From: Thelocarpon superellum | Lineage: Eukaryota | Direction: 5' to 3' | Assembly (NCBI GenBank): GCA_026025795.1 | Contig: JAPEUG010000126.1 | Coordinates: forward strand, 1 to 40,392 | Length of the DNA stretch: 40,392 nt | Shown here: positions 11,834 through 24,111 of the stretch, one piece after another | How positions within the stretch are numbered: position 1 is the stretch's first letter | How the letters are laid out: each line of letters begins with the position of its first letter | Translations under genes and position numbers: made by a program | Notes under the pieces: model-generated | What the model was told of the DNA's origin: nothing | Databases searched by the model: none | What the model saw: the letters and a program-made list of their open reading frames with translations, nothing else

Positions 11834-13313
11834 ATGGATCACGGCGACTTTGACAACATCACTTGGGGCAACAATGGCGTGAACGATGCCTCACGACCGT
11901 CGACTGCCGATGCTAGCGGAGATGATGAAGCTCGGCCACAGAATCCTGGCAAGCAACGATTGAGAGCCGCCAGCCCGCAGGCCGGCGCCAACGCCGACGC
12001 CCTGGATCTCGCCGGCGTGGGCATGGGCAGACTGGACTGCGCCGTGGATAGCCCTCAGAAGGAGAACGATGGAACCAAGGATGCATTTGTCTCATATCTC
12101 GTCACGACGCACGTACGTCGAAGGCAGCTTCACATGCTCTGATGACTACTGATGATCACCACAGACCGACTTCCCCTCCTTTCAGAAATCCACGTCAACC
12201 GTCCGACGACGGTTCACCGATTTTGTCTTTTTGTACAAGACGCTCTCGAGAGAATATCCTGCGTGTGCGGTGCCCCCGCTGCCAGACAAACATAAGATGG
12301 AATATGTGCGGGGCGATCGATTCGGCCCGGATTTCACCAACCGACGAGCGCACTCGCTGCACCGCTTCCTCAAACGGCTGGCGCTCCACCCGGTACTCCG
12401 TCGCAGCACGCTCCTGATCATCTTCCTGGAGAGTCCCGATTGGAACGCGCACATGCGACTGCGACCGCAACGGGCCGCGTCGACATCCGACCAAGGCAGC
12501 GGCGGCGTGTTTGACAACTTCACCGACACCTTCCTCAACGCCTTCAGCAAGGTGCACAAGCCCGACAAACGATTCATCGAGGTGCGCGAGAAGGCCGACA
12601 AGCTCGACGAAGATTTGGGCCACGTGGAGAAGATCGTGGCACGCGTCGCACGCCGCGAAGGTGACCTGGAGAGCGACTATGCCGACCTCGCCCTCCAGTT
12701 CCAGAAACTCCTAACCCTCGAGCAGGGCGTCGAAGGGCCCATCCACCTCTTCGCCACCAGCGTCGACCACACCTCCACCGGCATCAGAGGGCTGAAGGAG
12801 CACACGGACCAGAACTACCTCGGCTCGCTGCGAGACATGGAGGCCTACATCGTGGCGGTCAAATCGCTACTCAAGACGCGCGAGCAGAAACAGCTCGACT
12901 TCGAAGCGCTGACGGACTACCTCAACAAGGCCGCCACGGACCGCGACCTGCTCGCCTCCTCCCACGGCGCCGCGGCCCACACAGGACCGACGGGCTTCCT
13001 GCGCAGCAAGATCGAGGACGTGCGAGGCGTCGACCACGAGCAGTCGCGACGCGAACGCGTGCGCAAGCTCGAACTGCGCATCGACGAGCTGACGCGCGAG
13101 GTGGAAGAAGCCAAGAAGACCACCGAGGCCTTTGACGAGGAAGTGGTGCGCGAAGTCGCCGACTTTGAGCGGATCAAGGCCGTCGAGTTCCGCGACACGC
13201 TCGGCAGTCTGGCCGACGCCCATACAGCCTTCTACCAGGCCACGATTGAGAACTGGGATCGTTTCGTCGGTGATCTGGAATCCAAGGCTGGAGGGCTACC
13301 TGCCCCTGCTTAG
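11834..13313 (+). CDS. SNX4: Sorting nexin-4 / Atg24 (PX-BAR); join(11834..12112,12165..13313), about 475 aa
   Basis: PX motifs VSYLVTT, VRRRFTDFVFL, PPLPDKHKMEY and RLALHPVL; BAR region LKTREQKQLDFEALTDYL; intron 12113-12164 GTACGT...CAG. Confidence 0.95.
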
Positions 13314-13621
13314 CTCCCCCACTCTCTCCTCGGGCGTTGTTGTTTTGAGAATTTGGGGATGCGATTGGCCTTTTGACTGCTCGCTTAGTAATTATACACC
13401 GGAGGTATGGAGAGGGAGTACAGAAAGGGTGCCCAATGATCCATTTCATCATGCAAACCAACAGACAACAAACACTCATTTACTCGACTCTCACGGAGAG
13501 AGAGAGAGGGAGAGAGCCTCAGCCTCTCTGACCATCATCATCGTCTTCTTCTTCTTCCCCATCGGAGACCACGAGGAATAGGAAGACACCATAGGATACA
13601 CAGGCTCGCTCGACAGCTAGC

Positions 13622-16600
13622 CTAGAAAGGAAGACGATACCGAGCGTCGCGGATCTCATCGCGGATCTCATCTCCCACGCTACTGAGCCGATTCAACCAC
13701 TGTCGTCCGCCGCCGCTGCTGCGGTCGCCGGCTCCAGGAGAGCGAGGGTAGGACTGTTGTCGCCCCGGACCAGTGCCGGGCGACCGCGGATATTGCTGCG
13801 GTTGCGGTTGCTGTCCACCTCCCGTGCCGGGTGCGCGAGGAAATTTCCCTTCGCTGGCGTTCCCATTGCCCGTTCCCCTCCCGGATGGCGAGCGCGTGAA
13901 GTGTCCTCCGTCGCCGTTGCTGTTTCGCGCCGGAGAGGGCAAGTAGGGTCCACCGCCCGACAAACGAGTAGGGGTCTGGGTTTGGGGTGAGGATTGCGTA
14001 AGGCGGCTGTTTCGCCGCGGTGTGGATGGGATCGGTGCGCTTGGTGGCGTGTTGGTCGTTGTGGGCGACGCTTCGTGGGCCGGCGCCTGTGCCTGCGGGG
14101 GTCCGTTGTTCCTCGGCGAGTCGTGCCCTCCCTCTCCCTCTCCCTCTCCCTCTCCTTCCCAATCAACGCTATTCTCATCCTCGTCATCGTATGAATCATC
14201 ATCATCATCTTGGCGATCTTGGAATCGAGCCCCGAGATTTCGCCACAGTCGTCGAACCGCCGTCTCTCGCGGCACGCGAGCCGGAGACCTCTCGTGGCTC
14301 ACCCTGACAGTGTCACGTCCCTCTTCTATGAATCGGGCACGCCGTTGATTGGGCGACGGCCGAACTTCTTCTTCGTCCTCGTCGCTGTCGAGTTCAACGT
14401 CGCGATCGGTCACCGCTGGCACGGCCGTTTCCTGGCGGGCGGGCGTCGTCGGAGTATCCTGCGTCTCGGCGAGAGCCGCGGCGTAGCGGGCAGCGTCGGC
14501 TTGGTTGGCTTCACCGCGAGGGTCATATTCATTCTCCTCCTCCTCGTCTTCGTCCCCTTCAAATTCCGATCGGAGCGGTCGTGGCCGGCGCGCCCAACCC
14601 GTGAGACGTCGCCGGAGTGGCGGCGGACCCGACTCGTCATGCTCTTCATACCACAATGCAGGCACGAGGAGCCGATATGGCATCGTGATACCCGCCGGAT
14701 CTCGTTGGTTCACTTCCGCGTTCAACACAATGTCTAGTCCTTCTTCGAGGTTGATATGTCGCTGTGTCGCCGCCACCGTCTTCTTCTTGCCTTCGATCAG
14801 TTCCGTCGTCGCGTGATGGAAGAGCGACGGGCGTTGCGGGGTCCCCGCACTGGTGGAGCTCCCCACGCTTTGCGCCGGGAAGTACTCGGTGGAATCTGCG
14901 CCGGGCGGCGGCCGTGTTCGGCGCGGAGATCCGTTCAACACTGGCGCGCGACTGCTTGGCTGACCACGATTCGACAGCCTCCGAAGCAAGTTGCCCGGAC
15001 TGACGTCATTACGGTTCATCGACAGAGTCCTCGACAGTCGTTTCGGCGTCGACAGCGGCTCGGGCGGCGGCGATTCCGGCTCGGGCGGCTCGGGCGTCAA
15101 GGGCGGCGTGCCTCCTGGATGATATTCTCGGATGGAACACCAGTTTCGTCGCAGGAGCAGTCGTTGATTGGCCCGAGACTTGCCGTCCACATCATGCGTA
15201 AACAGCGGGATCATGTCTTCGTCCGTCTCCGGATCGAGATGATGAACCCGATTGCGTCGGTTCAAGATATCGCCCATCGCATTGGGAGGAGGGCTGTTGA
15301 CAATGGCCGAGGATATGACATTGGGCATGTACCGGTGGTCCTTGTCCTTGGGGATCCCAAGCTTAGGATTCGAGTAGAATTGACCGATGGCGGCCAGATG
15401 AACGTCACCCCTATCGCATCATGAGCGCCTGCACATACTTCTCGCTCACCACTTGACTTACCCGAGGATCGTGATGCGCACGGACTTGCCGGCGGCCAGC
15501 TCTTGCAGCTCGTGGAGGAACCAATTCCGCTCGGCTTTGTGGCTGCGCGCCGTCCAGTGGTCATCCAAGTCGTCCAAGATTTCGATCCCTCCATCGAATC
15601 GATTCAGTAATCCGCCCAGCATGCCTGACTTTCCAAGCGTCTTGAGAGGATCGGCCAATCTCGACGTCAGACTGCTCCAGTCAGCTGTGGACCCACACGC
15701 CCGGGATGCTAGCACCTACATGTTCTCCAACCACACGAGTCGCGGGTAAGCGATGGGAATGCCCAAGAGCACGATCAGATGCTTCGTCTCCCCCTTGGTG
15801 ATCTCATGCTTGCATCGCTCAAAGACGCGATCGTAAGTCTCTTGACTGAGCACCTCGTCTCGCTGTTGCGCATCAGCCATACCATTTCGTACACCCAATG
15901 GGATCGACGCATCCACATACCATCCGCTCCGTACGGCAGTCCAATCCAAGAAAGGCCACGCTTCGTCCCAAGGAGACGAACACACTGCGACTGCGCTCTT
16001 TAATGTACGGCCCCAGGGAGTCGCCTAGCAGCCAGCTGGGCTCCTCAGTCTCCGTCTCGGCTGGAAGGCTCTGATGCTGGAACAGCATGTAATATTTGAA
16101 CGCCACCGCACCGAGACCTGAGAAGACGGGAGACGCCATGAAATGATCCGGGTAGGAGCCGAAGCCATCGATGATGTCGTGATCGTCCCAGATGTTGACC
16201 ATGGGGATCTGCGCAATGGCCAGGCCGAACAAGCCCTGGGAGAACCACATGGAGTATCGCTCGAGGTAGAAGGTGTCGAGCTCTTGCCGCATGGCTGGCG
16301 AGAAGGGGGTCGAGTATTTTTGCGATGGGTTCTTGATGTTGAGCCAATCCTGGAAGAAGCTGGTCTGCTTCACCACCGCGTCATTGTAGATCTGGTCGCC
16401 CCCTCCAATCATGACGTGGAAGGGCCTGGTCTGGTGCGCGTTGAGCACGTCCCGCCACATCGGGTCAGGACCGCTGAATTGGTCGGGATCCACGGTTAGA
16501 CTGAACCCATTGCAGGTGTGGAACATGATGTTCATCGTCTCCCCACGTGCCGGCACCCAGAAGCCCATGGCCGGGCCGCGGTTGATCCGGTAGCCGATGC

Positions 16601-19256
16601 GACATTGCCGATCACTCAGAACAACCTCCAGGTTGAAGCGCCAAAAGGTGACGCCACGTTCGGCCAGGAGGCGTACCGCTTGCACCTCGCTGAAGTCGCC
16701 CACCATTTCGCCGTCGGGCTTGCGGATCCGGTTGTTGGGGTAGGTGGCCTCTCCACCGGCTCCTGATTCGCTTCCGGCTGGACCGTCGTCCTGCGCTGGG
16801 CTTCGGACATCTTCATACAGACCGTTGTCATCCTCGATCCTCGACAGGTCTTTGGACTCGGGCAAGTGGTCGACGGGCTTGACGTAGATGGTCTGACCAG
16901 TCCGCGACAGCAAGGGAAGACCCGCGATCGGATCGATATACTCCGGAGCGAGTTGACCCCCTTCACCATCCACATGTGCTGGTGGCGGAGGTAATAGATC
17001 CACCGGCTGTAGGAAGAGTCGCAGCGTCGGCGGGACGTCGTAGAGCGAATCCGAATCTTCCGTCACGATCATGACGCTGCCTCGCCACACCTCACGCTCA
17101 CTGGCAGCCGGAGGCTCCAGACCGTCCGAGGTGGCATGCGCTTGGGCGTGCTCGACGCGGATCCCCCGGTATCGGAGCAACGGCCCACATTTCAGATACA
17201 ACGGAGGTTCAAAAGTGGTAGGGGCTGCTGCAGGGCGGACGCGGATGGACCGCATCGTAGTCGTTAGCCCCTCGTTCCCCAGCGGTGAGCAGACGTGTAG
17301 GGGATGAAAAATATCGTGCTCGTGAATCTTCGAGCAGTCGTACAAATATGGCGAGCTAGGAATACGCAAGGTCGAACGGCCGGCGACAGATGGCATCGTG
17401 TTCCGATGTCCACGGCGTGAGAAAAGCTTGATCCTCCACGGCATCCGAGGATGATCTGGGCCTATCTTGAGCCCAAGGTAGGGCCGAGCACGAAAAACCA
17501 CATCACTCATCCTCCGCCTGTGATCCTGGTGATCGTCCGATATATCCCCAACAAGAGGCAAAGAGATTGGAGAGCTCATACCGTTTTCGTCTACCTCGTG
17601 GTCGTCTGGGTTGGCGTCGCTGGGTAAGGTATACTGTCGAGTCGTGTTGGCGCCGCCACTCTCCCACCATGCCGAGTCATCGGTACGGGCCGTCCCGCGG
17701 CGTTCGAGGCGAGGAAGATCCGCCACATTTACCTGTGCCGTCGTGGCGGTTCGCCACTCGTCGAGGGGCGGAGGTGGGGGCGGGAGGACACGCTCCGAGG
17801 TACCTTGCACCGTCGCCGGCCGAGGCATCGGCCGTTCACGAGCACCGGGCGGCGGGCCGGCCGTGACCTCTTCACGGGCTGCCCGACCCCCTCCGAAACG
17901 TGGGCCGAGCGCATGCATGATGCGGCTTCCAAGGCCGAGTGGGACTTCACGTGAATCATCTGTCTCCGAGTCAAGCTCCGACATCGGCTCGTCTTGTTGC
18001 ACCCGCGGCCCTCCTGCGCCTGCTGCAGACGATCGGACGACCTGATCTGTGTGTGTCGGCTGCCGTGTCACCGGGACGGCGGTGGAGGGGCTGTGGGCCC
18101 CGAGGGTGGCGTCGCTCGCCGCTCGGTCGAAGGCATCGGAGGCTTCGGCCAGGCCTCCAGGAGTCGGAAGGTCATCCAGACTGGGGTCATGCTGGTCTTG
18201 ATAGATGAAGCCGTGTCCGCTGGCGTCAGGCGACAACTGCCGGGGCGCCGCGGGTGGCTGTGTGTCCAGCGTGGTGGTGCGCTGTATCCGATCTTTCTGG
18301 CGCTGACTGAGACCCCGGATCAGTCCAGCGTCGGCCAGCGCGGCCGCCGTGGCCGCTGCCGCTGCAGGCTCCGCGACGCTTCTCGACGTGGACGGGGCGG
18401 CAGTGTCTGCGGTCCGACGGGTCGATTTGCGGCTCCCGCGACCTGCCTTGGCCTCGCGCGCGAGCATCTCGGCCTCCTCCATCTGCGCCCGTTTCTCTTC
18501 CTTGGTGATGTCTTGCAGCGTCAATTCCAGCTTCTGCAGCGGCGATCGATCGGGCGCCCATTCCCGACGCTGTGGGGAGGTGAGCGGACTCGGGCCGGCA
18601 GCACGGCGCGCGGTCGAGCCGGGTCCAGAGGCGGTGATGGGCGTGCCCTGGTTCTTCGATAAAGTTACCAGCCGGGCCTGCTGAGGGATAGCCGTCTCCG
18701 GGGGGGATTCGCTGGCGGCCTTGACCGCTACCACGGGTGTCTGAATGGCCGGCGGGGCTCGCGCGTTCTTCACATTTGGCAGCTGTTCCCGTTCGCGACG
18801 GCTCGTCGATCCGCCTCCATTGGTCCTCGACGGCGTCGACGCGGTCGCGGCCGCGGCCCGACGACGCGGTGTGGTGACGTTGGCCTGCGATTCCCGATAG
18901 GAGACGGGCGGGAGCGGGGGCGGAGGCTCGTGGGCCACGGGAGGAGGATCGGAGAGCAGAGGGCTGTCCGGAATGGGACGGTCTTGGAGCTGGCTGTCGC
19001 GTTGTCTTCGCGACTCGGTCCTGCCCGATCTGGACCGCTGACCCGACCCCGCCGTGGTATAGGCCGGGGGGTCTGGAGCGGGAGCGGCGCGTCCGGCAAA
19101 AGAGGTCGAAGTAGGAGAGTCCTCGGGACTGATGGGGGAGACGGAGGGATCTCGTGCAGCATCGGCAGATCCACGCTGTTGTTGCCGGCTGTGGTAGCTG
19201 GTGGGATGGTGTGGCACGGATGGGGGAGCTTGCTGAGGCTCGTCGGGATGGTCCAT
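13622..19256 (-). CDS. Large PhoD-like metallophosphatase-domain protein with long disordered N- and C-terminal regions; complement(join(13622..15410,15462..15671,15720..15862,15921..19256)), about 1825 aa (about 1707 aa if 17228-17581 is spliced)
   Basis: Metal-ligand motifs FHTCNGFS, MIGGGDQIYND, NIWDDHDIIDGFGS, LDCRTER and ILGGDVH; three canonical short introns link the ORFs; ATG at 19256 (MDHPDEPQQ); no signal peptide. Confidence 0.85.
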
Positions 19257-20672
19257 GACGATGCTGTCGTGGGCCGCAGGCGCCGAAGTCGGCGGAGGCA
19301 AGACGAATGCTCCGATGGATAGAGGTTCACGGGCCGTGATGCAGGTCAAGCATGTTGACGGCTTCTGCAGATCCACGTGTTGCAATTCAGCCCAAGCCTA
19401 AGCAGCACGGTATCTGATACGTCAAGGCGGCGCCGCGGGCGGGTGACGGTAGAGGGGGAATGAATTCACTGCACGGTGGGCAGAGGCCAGGCCCAGTGAC
19501 GTGGTTTCGATATGGGTACTCGTACACGGGGAAGCACCGCTGGGAACAGAAGCATTGGAGTATCTCGAGGGCTCAAGGCTCGAGTTGTTTTGAATCGGAG
19601 CTCCATGGCAGCATGGGCGAGCAGCAGAGCAGCTGCCGTATTGGGCGAGCGACCGAGCCGATGCGACCTGAAATCCAGTGGCTGGCGGGCACCACCAACG
19701 TGGGACGACTGAGAAGAAAGCTTAACGCGCACCGACACCTCCAAGGAAGAGTGGGCCAGCAATAATGGCACCGGTAAGTGTGCGACCAGGATCTTGGTCC
19801 GAGTACGGCGACCAAGCGCGTATGCATCGCTCGTCACGAGTATTCCAGGGCTCGAAGGTGCTGTGGTATAGCCGCACGACGAGACAGAAGCGCACGTAAG
19901 ACCAACTCTCGTTCTCCGCACTGTGGTCTGAGAGCGACATCCGAACGCTTCCAGCCTTTCGCCACCACGAGGCGACCAGAGGCAGCGGTCGCTGAGGACG
20001 AGGCCGAGGCCGAGGATTCGTGCCGCACCGGACCTATGGTACGAATGGTGACTAAGAGTGGCAGATGGCATTCGGATGCGTTTGCGAGTCACGGACACGC
20101 ACACGTCGCACCATACCACAGGTCGACTTTGTAGTCTTTCTACCTACGGTGCACGATGCGTCGACCCTCAGTTCTGCTCCTCAGGAAGCCGTATAAGTGC
20201 TGGGCCGCGCATGGCGCCGAGTGTTTCACCGGAGTCCCCACCCGTTCGCTCGGCAGCTGACGCAACCACTCGTCAGTGGTCGCCATAGTAGAATTTTTGA
20301 GGCGACTGACGCTTCGGCAAGTGCCGGTGTCGATGAAATAGAAGACAACTGTTTGGTAGCATCGGAGGGTTTCAGGCCAATGCAACGGGGCCGATTCATC
20401 GCCATCGGCACGGGACTGCACAGACCAACACCCTTTCATAGATTGAGCCTGTCGACCTTGAAGCAACGTCGCCTTGTACGTGCGCAGCTGTCACCTTGTA
20501 TTCTTCTTCGACCTTCGCTTCGAGGCCCCAACCCACGAAACCAGGGTCGCCGACCTCACGCCGTCCTCTGCGACTCCAGGCCCCGGCCAACGTCCCCTCG
20601 ATCTTGTGTCGCGAGTGATCGGCCGAGTCCGCCCACGCTGATGACGTTCGGCACGTCGTCCGACCAACAGTG

Positions 20673-23267
20673 ATGCGTTGGTCTATTGTCTTGGCCGTCT
20701 GGAGCGGTCTCAGGGCCCATGGTGCGGCCCAGTTGCTGCGTCGTTCTTACGAGACTCACGACTACTACGCCGTCCACCTGGACGCGGCAAGCTCGCCATC
20801 GCATCTTGCCGACACCTTGGGCTTGACCCATGACGGACCCCTGGGCGAACTGCCAGACCACCACATCTTCTCCGCCCCCCGCCATGACGACGACGTGGTC
20901 GACAACGCCCTGCGCGAGCTCCGTCGGCGGCGGGGGAAACGCGACGTGGGCCAGGCGGCACACGTCTTGGACGCCGTGCTCTTCTCGCAGAAGCAGAAGT
21001 TGAAGCCACGCCTGGAGAAGAGGGGCCCGTTCATCGCGCCGCGGGATCCGGCGCCCCCGCCCCTCGGCACGGGTCCTCCCCGGGCCGCGCCGTCGGGCAA
21101 TGACGCAGGCATCCTTGAACAATACGAGATTGCCCAGGCGCTCGAGATCCACGACCCCATCTTCACCGAGCAGTGGCATCTCTTCAATCCCCTCCAGCGT
21201 GGAGAGGACGTCAACGTCACGGGGCTCTGGAAGCAGGGCATCACCGGGCACAATGCCACCGTCGCCATCGTCGACGACGGCCTGGACATGGATAGCGACG
21301 ATCTGAAGGACAACTACTTTGCCGAAGGCTCCTATGACTTCAACGACCAGACACTCGAGCCGCGGCCACGCCTGGCCGAGGATCGACATGGCACTCGCTG
21401 CGCCGGCGAGATCGCTGCCGTCAAAAACAACGTGTGCGGCGTTGGGGTGGCGTGGGACTCCAAGGTCGCCGGGGTGCGCATCTTGTCCAAGAAGATCTCC
21501 GACGCCGACGAGGCGGTGGCGATGAACTACGCCTACCAGAAGAATCAGATCTACTCGTGTTCGTGGGGCCCGCCCGACGACGGCCAAGCCATGGACGCCC
21601 CTGGCATTCTGATCAAGAAGGCGATGGTCAATGCAGTGCAGAACGGACGGGGCGGCAAGGGGTCCATCTACGTCTTCGCGTCTGGCAACGGCGCGGGGAA
21701 TGACGATAACTGCAATTTCGACGGCTATACCAACAGCATCTACAGCATCACCGTCGGCGCCGTCGACCGCAAGGGCCTACATCCTTACTACTCGGAGAAA
21801 TGCTGCGCCCAGCTCGTCGTGACCTACAGCAGCGGAAGCGGTGACGCTATTCACACGACCGACGTGGGCGAGAACCAGTGCTACTCGAATCATGGCGGCA
21901 CCTCGGCCGCGGCGCCGCTGGCCGCGGGGATCTTCGCCTTGGTCCTGTCGGTCCGGCCTGACTTGAGCTGGCGTGACCTTCAGTACCTGACCATGCAAAC
22001 CGCGGTCCCCTTCAACGACGACGACGGGGAGTGGCAGACGACGACGATCGGTAAGAGGTTCAGCCACAAGTTTGGGTACGGCAAACTCGATGCCTACGCC
22101 ATCGTCGAGGCGGCCAAGGACTTCAGATCCGTGAAGCCACAGGCGTGGTACAAGTCGCCGTGGATGCACATCAAGCAGGAGATTCCCGTGGGCGACATGG
22201 GGCTGGCCAGCACGCTCGAGGTTACCCAGGAAGATCTCACCAAGGCCAACCTGGCGCGACTCGAGCATATCACCGTGACGATGAACGTGGAGCACGGCAA
22301 GCGGGGCGACGTGAGCGTGGAGCTCCGGAGCCCCAACAATGTCGTCAGCCACCTTAGCGCGACGCGACGCAACGACCAAAGCACCTACGGCTACGAGGAC
22401 TGGACCTTTATGAGCGTCGTGCACTGGTACGTTCCCTGGGGCCGCGGGCGCGACGCATGATCAGTGACTGACTGGGATGGTAGGGGCGAGAGTGGCCTGG
22501 GCACGTGGACCGTCATCGTCAAAGACACGGTGCAAGACGGCTTCCGTGGGAATTTTACGGACTGGCGCATCACGCTCTGGGGCGAATGCATCGACGAGTC
22601 CAAGGCCACGCTGTTGCCGATGCCGACTCTCTCCGATGACGACGATCATGAGACGATGCCGGGCTCGGCGACGACGACCATCATCGGGCTCGTGCCGACG
22701 TCAACGGCCAGCTTGCCGTCGATCCCGACCGACCACATTGACCGGCCTGTCAACGAGAAGCCGGGGGCACCGCAAGACGAGATGGTGCCGACGTCGGCGA
22801 CGTCGGCGACGCCGTCGGCAAGCGCAGAGCCGCCGTCCTCGTCGGCGTCGGACCACTTCCTGCCGTCCTTCTTCCCGACCTTTGGCGTGTCGAAGCGGAC
22901 GCAGATCTGGATCTATGGCGCCCTCACCATCATCGTCTTGTTCTGCGTTGGCCTGGGCGCCTACTTCTACCTGGCGCGGCGCAAACGGCTGCGGAACAAT
23001 CCGCGGGACAACTACGAATTCGAGATGCTCGCCGACGCCGAGGACCGCGAGGGTATGTTGGGTGGCGTGGGGGGTGCGCGGGCTAAGCGGCGCGCGGGCG
23101 AGCTCTACGACGCCTTTGGGGGCGAGAGCGACGAGGAGCTCTTCAGTGACGAGGAGAAGGAGGACGCGGACGCGGACGAGGATGAGGAGATCTACCGTGA
23201 CGCGGAGGGAGGACCCTCCCCGCCCATCGAGGTGGCGGACGAGAAAGCACCCGGACTTCGTCGGTAG
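20673..23267 (+). CDS. KEX2: Kexin proprotein convertase (S8B); join(20673..22426,22484..23267), about 845 aa
   Basis: Signal peptide, prodomain ending LEKR, catalytic motifs IVDDGLD / HGTRCAGEI / HGGTSAAAP, oxyanion FASGNG, P domain, S/T-rich stalk, TM helix, cytosolic tail with YEFEM and an acidic cluster. Confidence 0.97.
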
Positions 23268-24111
23268 AAGCGAGGAGCTGCGGGCTATGCATATCATTGG
23301 ACGGGCGCCGGGGTGGGCTTGCACTGTTGGCCATTGGGACTCGTCTCACGTCACTTTGGGGTGAGGATGCATGGACGGGTAGTTCTGTACAATAGCTCCT
23401 GGCCCGGTCGACAGGACCTGTGTCTGTACATAATTTAGCAGTCTGCTGTTTAGCATTACGTTGCTTCTGAGACACAGCGCTCACAGATCTCTGCACGCGG
23501 GAGGTTATGGGCCGGGGCTGGTGTGGTAACCGACGGCACTCCCACTCTATTTGTCATTCCGTGGTCGCCCAGCATGCGAGCCTGGGACTGAATGAGCTCA
23601 TCAGTGGCGGGGTGGCTCCCTCTATATCCATCCAGATCACATGACAAAGCACTCCGGGTCCGCGTCCGGCACTCGTTCTGTACGCGGGGAGCAATCCTTA
23701 GGCCCCCGGTTGTGAGCACCTCAAGTCAAATCATGACCTGTCCCAATTCCTTCGCGTTGTAAGCTAATCAGCATCTCGGGCGCGGCCATCTGTAGACGCA
23801 TTGACCGTGACGCCGCATGTGCCCAGCGGCAGCCATCGCTCGGTCAGACTGACCGGGACATAACCATCCGTAGCATCACTCGCGGGGGTTTCTGAAGCAG
23901 TCTTCTGCCTCGGCCACCGCCATCGCCAGGCACAGTGTTTTCCTCCATCTTCCGTCGTACGCCGCCGACGTCGCGGTGTTACGCCTGGTCCGTCCCACTC
24001 GCCGCCGCCGCCGTCCTACACCAGCGATCGTCCACCTCGGCGGCGTCGACGCCGTTGACTTCGTCTGCGTCGCACCTACCATCTCTGCTGTCCTTCCGGC
24101 CGCAACGAGCG

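Noticed and set aside
20556..22424. Long antisense ORFs (343 and 215 aa) opposite KEX2, and similar ones opposite GMC, SNX4, TRR1 and the PhoD-like gene
   Set aside because: Shadow ORFs expected from high GC3 codon bias; no independent coding signal.
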